Below, piece by piece: positions 18,127-28,236 of a DNA stretch of 32,000 nt (positions are counted from its first letter, which is position 1; every line of letters begins with the position of its first letter). The translations under genes and the position numbers were made by a program. The stretch is taken from assembly GCF_000406145.1 (NCBI RefSeq), contig NZ_CM001976.1:3479263-3511262 (forward strand). The letters are read 5' to 3'. Under the pieces are notes generated by a model. The model had not been told where the DNA came from. It worked only from the letters and a program-made list of their open reading frames with translations, and made no database searches. The DNA is from Dickeya dadantii NCPPB 898 (GTDB taxonomy: Bacteria; Pseudomonadota; Gammaproteobacteria; Enterobacterales; Enterobacteriaceae).

Positions 18127-19422
18127 TTAACCCGCTTTATTCAGCAGGAAATCGGCCAGCGTGCGCACGCCCAGACCGGTTGCGCCGGCAGACCACTGTT
18201 CCACCGCCGATTTGCGGTAAGTAGCGGAGCAGTCGATATGCAGCCAGCCTTGCTGGTAGTTTTTCACAAAGTGAGACAGGAACGCCGCCGCCGTGCTGGC
18301 GCCTGCGGTGTGCGCTGCACCGGCCACGTTGTTCAACTCGGCGAAGTTGGACGGCAAATGCTGGCGATGGAATTCCTCCAGCGGCAGGCGCCAGAACGGT
18401 TCGCCTTCGCGACGGGCGCTGTCCATCAGCGAATCGATCATCGCGTCGTCAAAGCTGAACAGCGCGTGATAATCATTGCCCAGCGCGGTTTTGGCGGCGC
18501 CGGTCAGGGTCGCGCAGTCGACAATCCACTGCGGGTTCTGTTCACACGCGTCAATCAGGCCGTCAGCCAGCACCAAACGCCCTTCGGCATCGGTATTCAT
18601 CACTTCGACGGTTTTGCCGTTGCGATAGCGAATGATATCGCCCAGACGGAACGCGTTGCCGCTCACCATGTTATCAGCGCAGCACAAGTACAGTTTCACG
18701 CGCTGCTGCAAGCCGCGAGCCGCCGCCAGCGCCAGCGCGCCGGTCACCGTCGCCGCGCCGCCCATATCGGACTTCATGGAATCCATGAAGCTGCTGCCTT
18801 TCAGGCTGTAGCCGCCGGTATCAAAGGTGATGCCTTTGCCGACCAGACAGGCCAGCACCGGCGCGTCCGCCTTACCGGTCGGGTTATAATCCAGCGCCAG
18901 CAATACCGGCGAACGTTCGGAACCGCGCCCCACCGTGTGCAGGCCGGCGTAGTTCTGCTCACGCAGATCCTCGCCTTTGGTAATGCGATAAGAAATCGCC
19001 TCGCCCGCCACGCTACACAGCAGATCGATAGCACGGGTCGCCAGTTGTTCCGGCCCCAGATCTTCCGCCGGCAGGTTGATGGTGTCGCGTACCCAGTCAA
19101 CGATCTTCAGACGACGCTCCAGCTCTTGCTGCTGCGCGTCCGCCAGCGTGGCCCATTCCACCGTGCGTTTGCCCTTCGGACCGCGGTATCCCTGCCAGAA
19201 CGCCCAGCTGCTTTCCAGATTCCAGCCTTCGCCGGCCAGTTTGACCTGTTTAATGCCCTGCCCGTCGATTTTGCGGGCCGCACGCTGGATGATGGTCAGC
19301 GGTTTGTCGCCGGACAGATGAATGGTAAATCCCTGCTCATTGGCGGTTAACGAGGCTTTCTCACCCCAGCGGGCGTCCGCTGGCTGATGGGAAAGGGTAA
19401 TCAGCATCGCTTCAGTTGTCAT
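18127..19422 (-). CDS. pepB: Aminopeptidase B (M17 leucyl aminopeptidase family)
   Basis: 431 aa starting [25 protein letters not shown], with the M17 signature [12 protein letters not shown]. It is collinear with E. coli PepB. Confidence 0.96.
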   Translation of the reverse strand: MTTEAMLITLSHQPADARWGEKASLTANEQGFTIHLSGDKPLTIIQRAARKIDGQGIKQVKLAGEGWNLESSWAFWQGYRGPKGKRTVEWATLADAQQQELERRLKIVDWVRDTINLPAEDLGPEQLATRAIDLLCSVAGEAISYRITKGEDLREQNYAGLHTVGRGSERSPVLLALDYNPTGKADAPVLACLVGKGITFDTGGYSLKGSSFMDSMKSDMGGAATVTGALALAAARGLQQRVKLYLCCADNMVSGNAFRLGDIIRYRNGKTVEVMNTDAEGRLVLADGLIDACEQNPQWIVDCATLTGAAKTALGNDYHALFSFDDAMIDSLMDSARREGEPFWRLPLEEFHRQHLPSNFAELNNVAGAAHTAGASTAAAFLSHFVKNYQQGWLHIDCSATYRKSAVEQWSAGATGLGVRTLADFLLNKAG

Positions 19423-19469
19423 ACAGCTACTCCAGGTTGGGCATGGTTATCTCAGCCCACTATCGCCAT

Positions 19470-19509
19470 GATAAAAAAGAGAAAACGGGCCACCTCAAGG
19501 CAGCCCGTT
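19470..19509 (-). terminator. Rho-independent terminator after iscX (end of the isc-hsc-fdx operon)
   Basis: The minus strand reads AACGGGCTGCCTTGAGGTGGCCCGTT followed by TTCTCTTTTTTATC. Confidence 0.7.
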
Positions 19510-19520
19510 GACCAGTTCGG

Positions 19521-19721
19521 TTATTCGGCTTCGTCCAGCCACACCAGCAGGATCGCTTCCAGGATTTTCTCGTTGGAGGCTTCCGGTTCGTCGTCAAACT
19601 CATCCAGTTCGCAAATCCAGCGGTGCAAATCGGTAAAACGCACGGTTTTCGGATCGACATCAGGATAGAGGTCGTACAGCGCTTCGCCGATTTCACGGCT
19701 ATCGGTCCACTTCAGTCCCAT
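19521..19721 (-). CDS. iscX: Fe-S assembly protein IscX (YfhJ)
   Basis: 66-aa acidic protein [46 protein letters not shown]..., in the position after fdx. Confidence 0.93.
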   Translation of the reverse strand: MGLKWTDSREIGEALYDLYPDVDPKTVRFTDLHRWICELDEFDDEPEASNEKILEAILLVWLDEAE

Positions 19722-19732
19722 AAATTACTCCG

Positions 19733-20068
19733 TCAGTGTTCGCGTGCGTGATTAATGGTATAGCGCGGAATTTCCACCACCAGATCTTCATCGGCAACGC
19801 GCGCCTGGCAACCCAGACGGCTTTCCGGTTCCAGACCCCAGGCTTTATCCAGCATGTCGTCTTCGTCTTCGGTGCTTTCCGTCAACGAATCAAATCCTTC
19901 ACGGACGATGCAGTGACAGGTGGTGCAGGCACAGGATTTTTCGCAAGCGTGCTCAATTTCAATGCCATTGCGCAACGCTACGTTCAGAATAGTTTCACCA
20001 CTGCTCGCTTCCAGAACTGCCCCTTCCGGACACAAGTCCTGATGCGGCAGAAAAACAATCTTGGGCAT
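19733..20068 (-). CDS. fdx: [2Fe-2S] ferredoxin of the ISC system
   Basis: 111 aa from the ATG at 20068: MPKIVFLPHQDLCPEGAVLEASSGETIL...CEKSCACTTCHC. It starts one nt after the hscA stop. The track ORF start at 20119 overlaps hscA and was rejected. Confidence 0.95.
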   Translation of the reverse strand: MPKIVFLPHQDLCPEGAVLEASSGETILNVALRNGIEIEHACEKSCACTTCHCIVREGFDSLTESTEDEDDMLDKAWGLEPESRLGCQARVADEDLVVEIPRYTINHAREH

Positions 20069-20069
20069 G

Positions 20070-21920
20070 TTATACCTCGTCCACGGAATGCCCGGCCAGC
20101 GCGCGGCGGATAGATTCATCCATCCGGCGGGCAGCGAATTCCTGGGTTTGTTGATCTACTGTTTTAATCGCGGCCTCAATGGCTGAGGCGTCGTTTTCCT
20201 GCGCGGCCTGTTGTAGTTGAAGGCAGGCGACGTCAATCGCGGCTCGCTCTTCGTCGTTCAGCAAAGCGGCATCCGTCGCCAGCGCGCTGTTGAGGCTTTC
20301 CAGCACTCGCGCCGCCTCCACGCGCTGCTCGGCCAGCATACGCGCACCGACGTCGCTCTGCGCGTTCTGCATGGAGTCGGTAATCATGGCGGCGATCTCG
20401 TCGTCGCTCAGACCGTAGGACGGCTTCACCTGAATGGAGGCCTCCACCCCGGTGGATTTCTCCATCGCGGTCACGCTCAGCAGCCCGTCGGCGTCCACCT
20501 GGAAGGTCACCCGGATATGCGCGCCGCCGGCAGGCATCGGCGGGATGCCGCGCAGCGTGAAACGCCCCAGCGAACGGCAATCCTGCACCAGCTCGCGCTC
20601 GCCCTGCAACACATGGATCATCATCGCGGTCTGGCCGTCCTTGAAGGTGGTGAATTCCTGTGCGCGCGCCACCGGAATGGTGGTATTGCGCGGAATCACT
20701 TTCTCGACCAGCCCGCCCATGGTTTCCAGCCCCAGCGACAGCGGAATCACGTCCAGCAGCAGCATTTCGCTGTCGGGCTTATTACCGACCAGAATATCAG
20801 CCTGAATCGCGGCGCCGATAGCCACCACTTTATCCGGGTCGATAGAGGTCAGCGGCGTGCGACCGAAAAATTCGCCTACCTGCTCACGCACCAGCGGCAC
20901 GCGGGTGGAACCGCCGACCATCACCACCTCTTTCACCTCATCCGCGTCAACATCCGCGTCTTTCAGCGTGCGACGGCAGGACAACAGCGTGCGTTTCACC
21001 AGCGGCGCAATCAGTGCGTTGAACTGTTCACGGGTGATCTCACCCTGCCAGCCCGCCACCGATACCGGCACGGTTTGCGCATCACTCAGGGCAATCTTGG
21101 TCTGTACGGCGGTATTGAGCAGCACCTGCTGCAATTGATGATCGTCACGGGATGTGATCCCGGCCTGCTCGCGAATCCACTCGACCAGCAGATGATCGAA
21201 ATCATCGCCGCCCAGCGCGGAATCGCCGCCGGTGGCCAGCACTTCAAACACGCCGCGGCTAAGACGCAGAATAGAGATATCGAAGGTGCCGCCGCCCAGA
21301 TCGTACACGGCGATCACGCCTTCCTGGCCGGAGTCCAGCCCGTAGGCAATCGCCGCCGCGGTAGGTTCGTTTAGCAAACGCAGCACATGCAGACCGGCCA
21401 GCCGAGCCGCGTCTTTGGTGCCCTGACGCTGGGCGTCGTCAAAATAGGCCGGCACGGTGATCACCACCCCGTCAGGCAGCCCGTTCAGCGCCTCTTCGGC
21501 ACGCCGGGTCAGCGCCGTCAGGATATCGGCCGACACCTGGATCGGGTTGCGCGGACCAGCAGCGGTCTGCAGCACCGGCAGGCCGTTTTCACTGGCTTCA
21601 AACCGATAAGGCAAATGGGGATAACGCTGGCGAATATCGGAGAGCGAGCGTCCCATCAGTCGCTTGACGGAACTGACGGTGTTTACCGGGTCGGCCGCCG
21701 CCTGCTGGCGCGCGTCCCAGCCAACGGTCAGCCCGTCGGCATGGTAGTGGACGACCGACGGCAAAAGATCGCGTCCGTCATGATCGGGCAGGGTTTGCGT
21801 CTCGCCGCTGCGGACGGTGGCGACCAGGGAATGGGTGGTCCCCAGATCAATCCCGACGGCCAGACGACGCTGATGCGGCGCCGCACTCAGCCCCGGCTCA
21901 CTGATTTGTAATAAGGCCAT
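20070..21920 (-). CDS. hscA: Fe-S cluster assembly Hsp70-type chaperone HscA
   Basis: 616 aa starting [34 protein letters not shown], with the Hsp70 ATPase and substrate-binding domains. Confidence 0.97.
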   Translation of the reverse strand: MALLQISEPGLSAAPHQRRLAVGIDLGTTHSLVATVRSGETQTLPDHDGRDLLPSVVHYHADGLTVGWDARQQAAADPVNTVSSVKRLMGRSLSDIRQRYPHLPYRFEASENGLPVLQTAAGPRNPIQVSADILTALTRRAEEALNGLPDGVVITVPAYFDDAQRQGTKDAARLAGLHVLRLLNEPTAAAIAYGLDSGQEGVIAVYDLGGGTFDISILRLSRGVFEVLATGGDSALGGDDFDHLLVEWIREQAGITSRDDHQLQQVLLNTAVQTKIALSDAQTVPVSVAGWQGEITREQFNALIAPLVKRTLLSCRRTLKDADVDADEVKEVVMVGGSTRVPLVREQVGEFFGRTPLTSIDPDKVVAIGAAIQADILVGNKPDSEMLLLDVIPLSLGLETMGGLVEKVIPRNTTIPVARAQEFTTFKDGQTAMMIHVLQGERELVQDCRSLGRFTLRGIPPMPAGGAHIRVTFQVDADGLLSVTAMEKSTGVEASIQVKPSYGLSDDEIAAMITDSMQNAQSDVGARMLAEQRVEAARVLESLNSALATDAALLNDEERAAIDVACLQLQQAAQENDASAIEAAIKTVDQQTQEFAARRMDESIRRALAGHSVDEV

Positions 21921-21999
21921 ATTGAGCTTCCATCAATTGGCGGGCGGGCGACCGATGCGGCCATACGACCAACGGCGGTCCCGCCGGATTGAATGTGAC

Positions 22000-22518
22000 T
22001 TATCGTTCCAGCAATTGTTCTTCGAGTTGTTCAACCTGCTGCCGGAGCCGATCAAAAAAGCGCAGTTTACGTACCGTATCCGCCGCATCCGGCCAGGATT
22101 CCTCATCCAGCTCGCGCTGCATCCGCTCGCTGCGCTGGCGGGTCATCCCTTTCAGGCGCTGTGCGAATGCCGCCAACGCGGTTTCCGCGTCCGGACGACG
22201 TTCAATCTCGTCCAGCTCTTCGCGCAGTTCCATCTGCTCCATCAGGAATGCGGTGTCATGAAGCGTATGCTGCTCGTTGCTTAAATCAAAACCGTGCAAA
22301 GATAACATATACTCCGCGCGTTTCAGCGGATGTTTCAGCGTCTGATAGGCATTATTGATGGTCGCAGCCTGTTGTAACGCCATCATGCGTTCACGTTCCG
22401 GGCTGGCGGCGAAGCGGTCGGGATGAAACTGGCGCTGCAGTTCCTGAAACCGGGAAGCAAGCAGGCTGCCATCCACGTTATAGCGAATCGGCAGCCCGAA
22501 TAAAGTAAAGTAATCCAT
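22000..22518 (-). CDS. hscB: Fe-S cluster assembly J-type co-chaperone HscB
   Basis: 172 aa from the ATG at 22518: [36 protein letters not shown] (J domain with HPD). It aligns with the E. coli HscB start [16 protein letters not shown]. Confidence 0.95.
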   Translation of the reverse strand: MDYFTLFGLPIRYNVDGSLLASRFQELQRQFHPDRFAASPERERMMALQQAATINNAYQTLKHPLKRAEYMLSLHGFDLSNEQHTLHDTAFLMEQMELREELDEIERRPDAETALAAFAQRLKGMTRQRSERMQRELDEESWPDAADTVRKLRFFDRLRQQVEQLEEQLLER

Positions 22519-22552
22519 AGTGTGCTCTGAGTTCGCAGACAATCAATGCGCG

Positions 22553-22590
22553 CCCGCCGCTTTACATGCCGGAGCACACAAAGCGGCGGG
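22553..22590 (-). other. Strong intercistronic RNA hairpin between iscA and hscB
   Basis: 11-bp perfect stem CCCGCCGCTTT / AAAGCGGCGGG with a 16-nt loop. Eight loop nucleotides are complementary to the 8 nt that precede the hscB start (see findings). Confidence 0.6.
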
Positions 22591-22615
22591 AGTCGGTCAA
22601 CAGGCCGACCGGCGG

Positions 22616-22939
22616 TCAGACATTAAAGCTTTCGCCGCAACCGCACTCGCTGGAAACGTTAGGGTTATTGAATTTAAAGCCTTCGTTCAGCCCTTCCTTG
22701 ACGAAATCCAGTTCGGTGCCATCAAGGTAGACCAGGCTTTTGCCATCAATAATGACCTTCACGCCCTTGTCTTCAAACACCACATCATCGGTGTTCAGTT
22801 CATCAACAAATTCCAGCACATACGCCATACCGGAACAACCGGATGTTCTCACACCCAGACGCAGGCCAACGCCTTTGCCACGATTGACCATAAAGGCATT
22901 AACGCGTTGCGCAGCGCTGTCGCTCAGGGAAATCGACAT
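22616..22939 (-). CDS. iscA: Fe-S cluster insertion (A-type carrier) protein IscA
   Basis: 107 aa from the ATG at 22939: [40 protein letters not shown]...CGCGESFNV. It matches E. coli IscA. Confidence 0.96.
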   Translation of the reverse strand: MSISLSDSAAQRVNAFMVNRGKGVGLRLGVRTSGCSGMAYVLEFVDELNTDDVVFEDKGVKVIIDGKSLVYLDGTELDFVKEGLNEGFKFNNPNVSSECGCGESFNV

Positions 22940-22966
22940 AAGCAAAACCTCTAATTCATCTGCCCG

Positions 22967-23350
22967 TTATTTGTCGCGTTTGCTCTTGTAATCGGCGATG
23001 GCGGCCTTGATGGCGTCTTCAGCCAAAATCGAGCAGTGGATTTTCACCGGCGGCAGTTCCAGTTCTTCGGCGATCTGGGTGTTTTTAATGGACTCGGCTT
23101 CGTTCAGACTCTTGCCTTTCACCCATTCGGTCACCAGCGAGCTGGAGGCGATAGCGGAACCGCAACCGTAGGTTTTAAAGCGGGCATCTTCGATGATTCC
23201 CTGCTCGTTGACCTTGATCTGCAGCTTCATGACGTCGCCGCAGGCCGGTGCACCTACCATACCGCTGCCGATGCTCGGATCCGACGAATCAAACGAGCCG
23301 ACGTTGCGCGGATTTTCATAGTGATCAATTACTTTTTCGCTGTAAGCCAT
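22967..23350 (-). CDS. iscU: Fe-S cluster scaffold IscU
   Basis: 127 aa: MAYSEKVIDHYENPRNVGSF...GAPACGDVMKLQIKV...LPPVKIHCSILAEDAIKAAIADYKSKR. Nearly identical to E. coli IscU. Confidence 0.98.
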   Translation of the reverse strand: MAYSEKVIDHYENPRNVGSFDSSDPSIGSGMVGAPACGDVMKLQIKVNEQGIIEDARFKTYGCGSAIASSSLVTEWVKGKSLNEAESIKNTQIAEELELPPVKIHCSILAEDAIKAAIADYKSKRDK

Positions 23351-23374
23351 AATATGCGTCCTGATTCCTGCGAA

Positions 23375-24589
23375 TTAATGATGCGCCCATTCGATGCTGC
23401 CGATATCCACGCCCTGCTTGAACATTTCCCACAGCGGGGACAAGTCGCGCAGGCGGCCGATGGATTTGCGAACCAGATCGATGGTGTAGTCAATTTCTTC
23501 TTCGGTGGTGAAACGACCCAGTGAGAAACGGATGGAACTGTGCGCCAGTTCATCGTTCATCCCCAGCGCGCGCAGCACATAGGAAGGTTCCAGGCTGGCG
23601 GAAGTACAGGCCGAACCGGAAGACACCGCCAGATCCTTCAACGCCATGATCAGCGATTCGCCTTCCACGTAGTTGAAGCTGACGTTCAGGATATTCGGCG
23701 CGCCCTGCTCCAGGTCGCCGTTTAGGTACACTTCCTCGATATCGTTGATACCGTTCCACAGGCGATCGCGCAGGCTACGCAGACGAGCCGCTTCCTGCGC
23801 CATTTCTTCTTTGGCGATGCGGTAGGCTTCACCCATGCCCACGATCTGATGCACCGGCAGGGTGCCGGAACGCATGCCGCGCTCGTGGCCGCCGCCGTGC
23901 ATCTGCGCTTCGATGCGCACACGCGGCTTGCGACGCACATACAGCGCGCCAATCCCTTTCGGGCCGTAAATTTTGTGGCCGGAGAAGGACATCAGGTCAA
24001 CTTTCAGCTGGCTGAGGTCAATCGGCAGTTTGCCCACGCTCTGGGTCGCGTCGACATGGAAAATGATGCCGCGGCTACGGCACATTTCGCCGATAGTGGC
24101 GATATCCTGCACCACGCCGATTTCGTTGTTCACATGCATAATAGACACCACGATGGTGTCATCGCGCATGGCGGCTTCCAGCTCTTTCAGATCGATGATG
24201 CCGTTACGCTGCGGCGCCAGGTAAGTCACTTCAAACCCTTCGCGCTCCAGCTGGCGGCAAGTATCCAGCACGGCTTTGTGTTCCGTCTTGCTGGTGATGA
24301 TGTGCTTGCCTTTCTTCTGGTAGAAGTTCGCCGCGCCTTTGATAGCCAGGTTGTCGGACTCGGTGGCGCCGGAAGTAAAAACGATCTCGCGCGGATCCGC
24401 GCCGACCAGTTCGGCAATCTGGTTACGGGCGATATCCACCGCCTCTTCCGCCTGCCAACCAAAGCGGTGGGAGCGGGAGGCGGGGTTGCCGAACGTGCCG
24501 TCCAGGGTCAGAAACTGCATCATTTTTTCAGCCACGCGCGGGTCGACCGGCGTCGTGGCGGAATAATCCAGATAAATCGGTAACTTCAT
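23375..24589 (-). CDS. iscS: Cysteine desulfurase IscS
   Basis: 404 aa starting [28 protein letters not shown], with the PLP Lys block [12 protein letters not shown] and the active-site SSGSACTS. Confidence 0.98.
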   Translation of the reverse strand: MKLPIYLDYSATTPVDPRVAEKMMQFLTLDGTFGNPASRSHRFGWQAEEAVDIARNQIAELVGADPREIVFTSGATESDNLAIKGAANFYQKKGKHIITSKTEHKAVLDTCRQLEREGFEVTYLAPQRNGIIDLKELEAAMRDDTIVVSIMHVNNEIGVVQDIATIGEMCRSRGIIFHVDATQSVGKLPIDLSQLKVDLMSFSGHKIYGPKGIGALYVRRKPRVRIEAQMHGGGHERGMRSGTLPVHQIVGMGEAYRIAKEEMAQEAARLRSLRDRLWNGINDIEEVYLNGDLEQGAPNILNVSFNYVEGESLIMALKDLAVSSGSACTSASLEPSYVLRALGMNDELAHSSIRFSLGRFTTEEEIDYTIDLVRKSIGRLRDLSPLWEMFKQGVDIGSIEWAHH

Positions 24590-24645
24590 TGCTCTTAAAC
24601 TCCGTACATCACTTCAAAACGTTCAAGGCGTTTTGTTATTTTTTT

Positions 24646-25140
24646 TCAGGCACGCAAGTTGACGTTAATGGTTTCTTGTATGCGCCCGTTGGCGGTACGA
24701 CGCACGTCAGCATCCTGACGATCCGCGACGTCCAGAATCTCTTTGTTATTAACCAGTTCATCCAGGGTGATGTTGTTGAGGAACTCGCTGATGCGGTCGC
24801 TCAGATCGCGCCACAGCGTATGGGTCAGACAGCGATCGCCGCCCTGACACCCTTCTTTCCCCTGGCAGCGGGTAGCGTCCACGGACTCATCCACGGCGGA
24901 GATAACCGAACCGACAGCGATTTCGGCGGCATCTTTACCCAACAAATAGCCGCCGCCCGGACCACGCACGCTGGCAACCAACCCATGCTTGCGCAGGCGA
25001 GAAAACAGCTGTTCCAGATAAGAAAGCGAAATCCCCTGACGTTCGGAAATGTCAGCCAGCGGAACCGGGCCTTCCTTTGAATGCAGCGCTACATCGAGCA
25101 TGGCGGTAACGGCGTAGCGGCCTTTAGATGTCAGTCTCAT
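24646..25140 (-). CDS. iscR: Fe-S cluster regulator IscR (Rrf2 family)
   Basis: 164 aa starting [46 protein letters not shown], with cluster-ligand Cys residues in [16 protein letters not shown]. Confidence 0.97.
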   Translation of the reverse strand: MRLTSKGRYAVTAMLDVALHSKEGPVPLADISERQGISLSYLEQLFSRLRKHGLVASVRGPGGGYLLGKDAAEIAVGSVISAVDESVDATRCQGKEGCQGGDRCLTHTLWRDLSDRISEFLNNITLDELVNNKEILDVADRQDADVRRTANGRIQETINVNLRA

Positions 25141-25149
25141 GTTAATGGT

Positions 25150-25262
25150 ATCCGTAAGATAAACATGTATTATTAAGACAAGTATTATGAGTCAAGCATA
25201 CATAGCACTGTCATGAGTCTGACATTCCCGAGTGTTTCAGTCAACTATTTAACCGAGTAAAT
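25150..25262 (-). promoter_or_regulatory. iscRSUA promoter region with probable IscR type-1 operator sites
   Basis: The minus strand reads TTATTTACTCGGTTAAATAGTTGACTGAAACACTCGGGAATGTCAGACTCATGACAG. The block AAATAGTTGAC...ACTCGGGAATGTCAGACT is very close to the E. coli iscR promoter/operator sequence as I remember it. I could not fix the exact -35 and -10 assignment. Confidence 0.5.
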
Positions 25263-25265
25263 AAC

Positions 25266-26015
25266 TCAACTATTGTCCTGTGGCTTGTCTGTCGACGAGG
25301 CGGTCTTGGTGATGGCGCTCAGGATACCGCGCAAGATATTGAGTTCCTGATTTTCTGGACGGGCGCGGGTAAACAACCGGCGCAACTTGTTCATCACCTG
25401 GCCCTGATGCGGCTGGCGAATGAAACCGGTGTGCAGCAACGTCTCTTCCAGATGCTGATAAAAACGTTCCAGATCGTCCACCAGCGGGTACGGACTCTCC
25501 TCATGCGCCGGCTCGCCCCGCTGCTGACGATCCAGCCAGGCGACGCGAACTTCATAAGACAGGATCTGTACCGCCATCGCCAGATTGAGCGAGCTGTACT
25601 CCGGATTGGCGGGGATCGCTACATGAAAGTGACATTTCTGTAGTTCCTCATTCGTCAGTCCCACGCGCTCGCGGCCGAACACAAGCGCCACCGGCGCGTG
25701 CTGCGCTTCCTGAACACTGCGCACGCCGCACTCGCGCGGCTCCAGCATCGGCCAGGGCAAGGTACGGGAACGAGCGCTGGTACCCACGACCAGACCACAG
25801 CCCTCCAGCGCCTGATCGAGAGAATCAACGATGGTGGCGTTGCCAATGACATCACTGGCGCCGGCAGATAACGAAATGGCCTGCGAATCGGGTTTGACCA
25901 GCGGATTGACCAGCCAGAGATTGGTCAACCCCATGGTTTTCATCGCCCTGGCCGTTGACCCCATATTGCCGGTGTGTGAAGTTTCCACCAGCACAATGCG
26001 TATATTCTGTAACAT
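25266..26015 (-). CDS. trmJ: tRNA (cytidine/uridine-2'-O-)-methyltransferase TrmJ (SpoU/TrmH family)
   Basis: 249 aa starting [46 protein letters not shown]; collinear with E. coli TrmJ. Confidence 0.95.
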   Translation of the reverse strand: MLQNIRIVLVETSHTGNMGSTARAMKTMGLTNLWLVNPLVKPDSQAISLSAGASDVIGNATIVDSLDQALEGCGLVVGTSARSRTLPWPMLEPRECGVRSVQEAQHAPVALVFGRERVGLTNEELQKCHFHVAIPANPEYSSLNLAMAVQILSYEVRVAWLDRQQRGEPAHEESPYPLVDDLERFYQHLEETLLHTGFIRQPHQGQVMNKLRRLFTRARPENQELNILRGILSAITKTASSTDKPQDNS

Positions 26016-26112
26016 GCGGACTCTGTCATATGAAACGAAAACCGGCGTATGTTAACACAAACTTCTCTGTTTTCTCTTTCTCCCGCTATCTGCTATACTC
26101 CGCGCCGTTTTC

Positions 26113-26124
26113 TGTTCTTTAACA
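26113..26124 (+). promoter_or_regulatory. boxA-like element in the suhB 5' leader
   Basis: TGTTCTTTAACA compared with the rrn-type boxA TGCTCTTTAACA differs at one position. It lies 18 nt upstream of the suhB ATG, the position where a Nus-factor autoregulatory boxA has been described for E. coli and Salmonella suhB. Confidence 0.5.
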
Positions 26125-26141
26125 TTCTTGTGGACGATACC

Positions 26142-26945
26142 ATGCATCCGATGCTTAACATCGCCGTGCGCGCAGCGCGCAAAGGCGGCAACTTGATAGC
26201 TAAAAACTATGAAACGCCTGACGCCGTCGAGGCTAGTCAGAAAGGCAGTAATGATTTTGTCACCAACGTTGACCGCGATGCAGAACGCCTGATTATCGAG
26301 GTAATCCGCAAAGCCTACCCGCAGCACACCATTATTGGTGAAGAATGTGGCGAGCTGGTTGGCGAAGATCAGGACGTACAATGGATTATCGATCCCCTGG
26401 ATGGCACCACCAATTTCATCAAACGTCTCCCCCATTTTGCCGTTTCCATCGCCGTTCGCGTTAAAGGCCGCACCGAAGTGGCCGTGGTCTACGATCCGAT
26501 GCGTAACGAGCTGTTCACCGCCACCCGCGGTCAGGGCACCCAGTTAAACGGTTATCGTCTGCGCGGCAGCAACGCCCGCGATCTGGACGGCACCATTCTC
26601 GCGACCGGTTTCCCGTTCAAGCACAAACAGCACAGCGCCAGCTACCTGCGCGTGCTGGAAGCGCTGTTCGGTCAGTGCGCCGACTTCCGCCGTACCGGCT
26701 CCGCCGCGCTCGACCTGGCCTATGTGGCGGCCGGTCGCGTGGACGGATTCTTTGAGATCGGCCTGAAACCGTGGGACTTCGCCGGCGGCGAACTGCTGGT
26801 GCGTGAAGCCGGCGGCATCATTACCGACTTCACCGGCGGTCACAACTACCTCACTTCCGGCAACATCGTCGCCGGTAATCCGCGTGTGGTGAAATCTCTG
26901 CTGTCGACTATCCGCGATCAACTGAGCGACGCACTCAAGCGCTAA
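26142..26945 (+). CDS. suhB: Inositol monophosphatase family protein / Nus-complex factor SuhB
   Basis: 267 aa from the ATG at 26142: MHPMLNIAVRAARKGGNLIAKNYETPDAVEASQKGSNDFVTNVD...WIIDPLDGTTNF. Nearly identical to E. coli SuhB. The track start at 26049 is an upstream extension. Confidence 0.97.
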   Translation: MHPMLNIAVRAARKGGNLIAKNYETPDAVEASQKGSNDFVTNVDRDAERLIIEVIRKAYPQHTIIGEECGELVGEDQDVQWIIDPLDGTTNFIKRLPHFAVSIAVRVKGRTEVAVVYDPMRNELFTATRGQGTQLNGYRLRGSNARDLDGTILATGFPFKHKQHSASYLRVLEALFGQCADFRRTGSAALDLAYVAAGRVDGFFEIGLKPWDFAGGELLVREAGGIITDFTGGHNYLTSGNIVAGNPRVVKSLLSTIRDQLSDALKR

Positions 26946-26955
26946 TCCTTCCTGT

Positions 26956-26993
26956 GGGCATGTCGTCAGACGTGCCCTTGTTGTTATTTTTCT
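26956..26993 (+). terminator. Rho-independent terminator of suhB
   Basis: GGGCATGTC GTCA GACGTGCCC (9-bp stem with one G-U pair) followed by TTGTTGTTATTTTTCTTT. Confidence 0.8.
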
Positions 26994-27027
26994 TTACAAC
27001 TCGCCCCTGTTGAGTAAAAGTTTAAGC

Positions 27028-27050
27028 TTATATGATAATAATTATTAAAC
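27028..27050 (+). promoter_or_regulatory. Fur-box-like operator overlapping the candidate promoter of the ABC importer operon
   Basis: TTATATGATAATAATTATTAAAC: the core TGATAATAATTATT matches 12 of 14 positions of TGATAATCATTATC, and about 13 of 19 across the full Fur consensus. It overlaps a candidate promoter TTGAGT-N18-GATAAT. Confidence 0.55.
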
Positions 27051-27108
27051 TCATTCATTTATTTCGGGGATGACCCCCGTCAAGCAGTGGTTAATCACAG
27101 GAAAAATC

Positions 27109-28233
27109 ATGCTAAAAAAATCATGGCGCCCTATTTTACTCGCTACTACACTCACAACCGCCTTCGCCAGCTTCGCCACCCAGTATCCCCTCACCATTAC
27201 TGATATCGACGGACAAAGCGTTACCATCAAACAGGAGCCGCAGCGCATTGTGCTACAGGATGGCCGCGATATCATGGCCATGGCGCTGCTGGACCGCGAT
27301 AACCCGTTTGGCCGACTGGTCGCCTGGAACAATTTGCCGAAAAAACAGGACACCGCCACCTGGGACCTGCTGAAAGGCAAATGGCCGCAGTCTGAAAGCA
27401 TTCTGGACATGGGTTTCAGCGACAAGGGTGAAGTGGAACTGGAAAGTATTCTGGCCAAAAAACCGGACCTGATGATCGCCCAGTTGCGCGCCAAACCGGC
27501 GCTGATGGAAAATGGCGTGATCGGCAAACTGAACGCACTGCACATCCCGCTGGTGTTTGTGGATTATGAAATTGAACCGGCCAAAAATACCGCGCCCAGC
27601 GTCGACCTGCTCGGCAAGGTGCTGAACCGCGAAGAAAACGCCAAAGCGTATACCGACTTTTACCGCCAGCACTTTGACAGCATTCAGAAAGTGACTGCAA
27701 GCATCGCCACCAAGCCCAACGTGTTTATTGAGCCTATCGCCGGCAACACCGACGCCTGCTGCTTTACCCATTCCCATAGCGGCTGGGGTGGCCTGCTGGA
27801 AGCCATCGGCGCGAAGAACATCGGTTCTGGATTGTTGCCGGGCGCGTCCGGCTTTGTTTCACTGGAAAAAGTAATCAGCGAAAAACCTGATACCTACATC
27901 ATGACCGGCTCCAAACGCGGCAACGGCACCAGCAAGATTCTGCCGTTCGGATATGGCGCCGGCGACAGCGATATTCAGGACAAAGCCAAAGCGCTGCTGA
28001 GCCGCACCGGCGTCGACCAGATTCCCGCCATTAAGGCCGGTCAGGTTTACGGGGTATACCATCACTTCTATAACCACCCGTACAATATCGTCGGCATGGA
28101 ATATCTGGCCAAAGCGGTGTATCCGAAACAGTTCAGCACGCTGAACCCGGACGATACCTATCACTATATTGTTCGCCATTTCACCACCCTGCCTGACAAC
28201 AACTTTGTGTTTGCCCGCAAACTGGCCGAGTAA
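27109..28233 (+). CDS. Periplasmic substrate-binding protein of an iron-chelate-type ABC importer (BtuF/FhuD/FecB-like class III fold), copy 1
   Basis: From the ATG at 27109 (SD AGGA 6 nt upstream), with signal peptide MLKKSWRPILLATTLTTAFASFA|TQ. It is first in an operon with a FecCD-type permease and an ATPase, and it is a paralogue of the protein at 30251..31372. The ligand is unknown. Confidence 0.8.
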   Translation: MLKKSWRPILLATTLTTAFASFATQYPLTITDIDGQSVTIKQEPQRIVLQDGRDIMAMALLDRDNPFGRLVAWNNLPKKQDTATWDLLKGKWPQSESILDMGFSDKGEVELESILAKKPDLMIAQLRAKPALMENGVIGKLNALHIPLVFVDYEIEPAKNTAPSVDLLGKVLNREENAKAYTDFYRQHFDSIQKVTASIATKPNVFIEPIAGNTDACCFTHSHSGWGGLLEAIGAKNIGSGLLPGASGFVSLEKVISEKPDTYIMTGSKRGNGTSKILPFGYGAGDSDIQDKAKALLSRTGVDQIPAIKAGQVYGVYHHFYNHPYNIVGMEYLAKAVYPKQFSTLNPDDTYHYIVRHFTTLPDNNFVFARKLAE

Positions 28234-28236
28234 TCC

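Noticed and set aside
1529-24583. A series of long antisense shadow ORFs in the track: 1529..2284+, 2476..3345-, 5973..6512+, 7451..8530+, 9706..10443+, 11076..11654+, 13659..14465+, 14929..15561+, 17989..19350+, 20217..21374+, 21387..21911+, 22520..22954+, 23849..24583+, 24589..25080+
   Set aside because: Each lies opposite a housekeeping gene whose product aligns with its E. coli counterpart over the full length. The translations are low-complexity (R/H/Q/G/A-rich) with no domain signatures. None has a convincing SD or an independent intergenic start.
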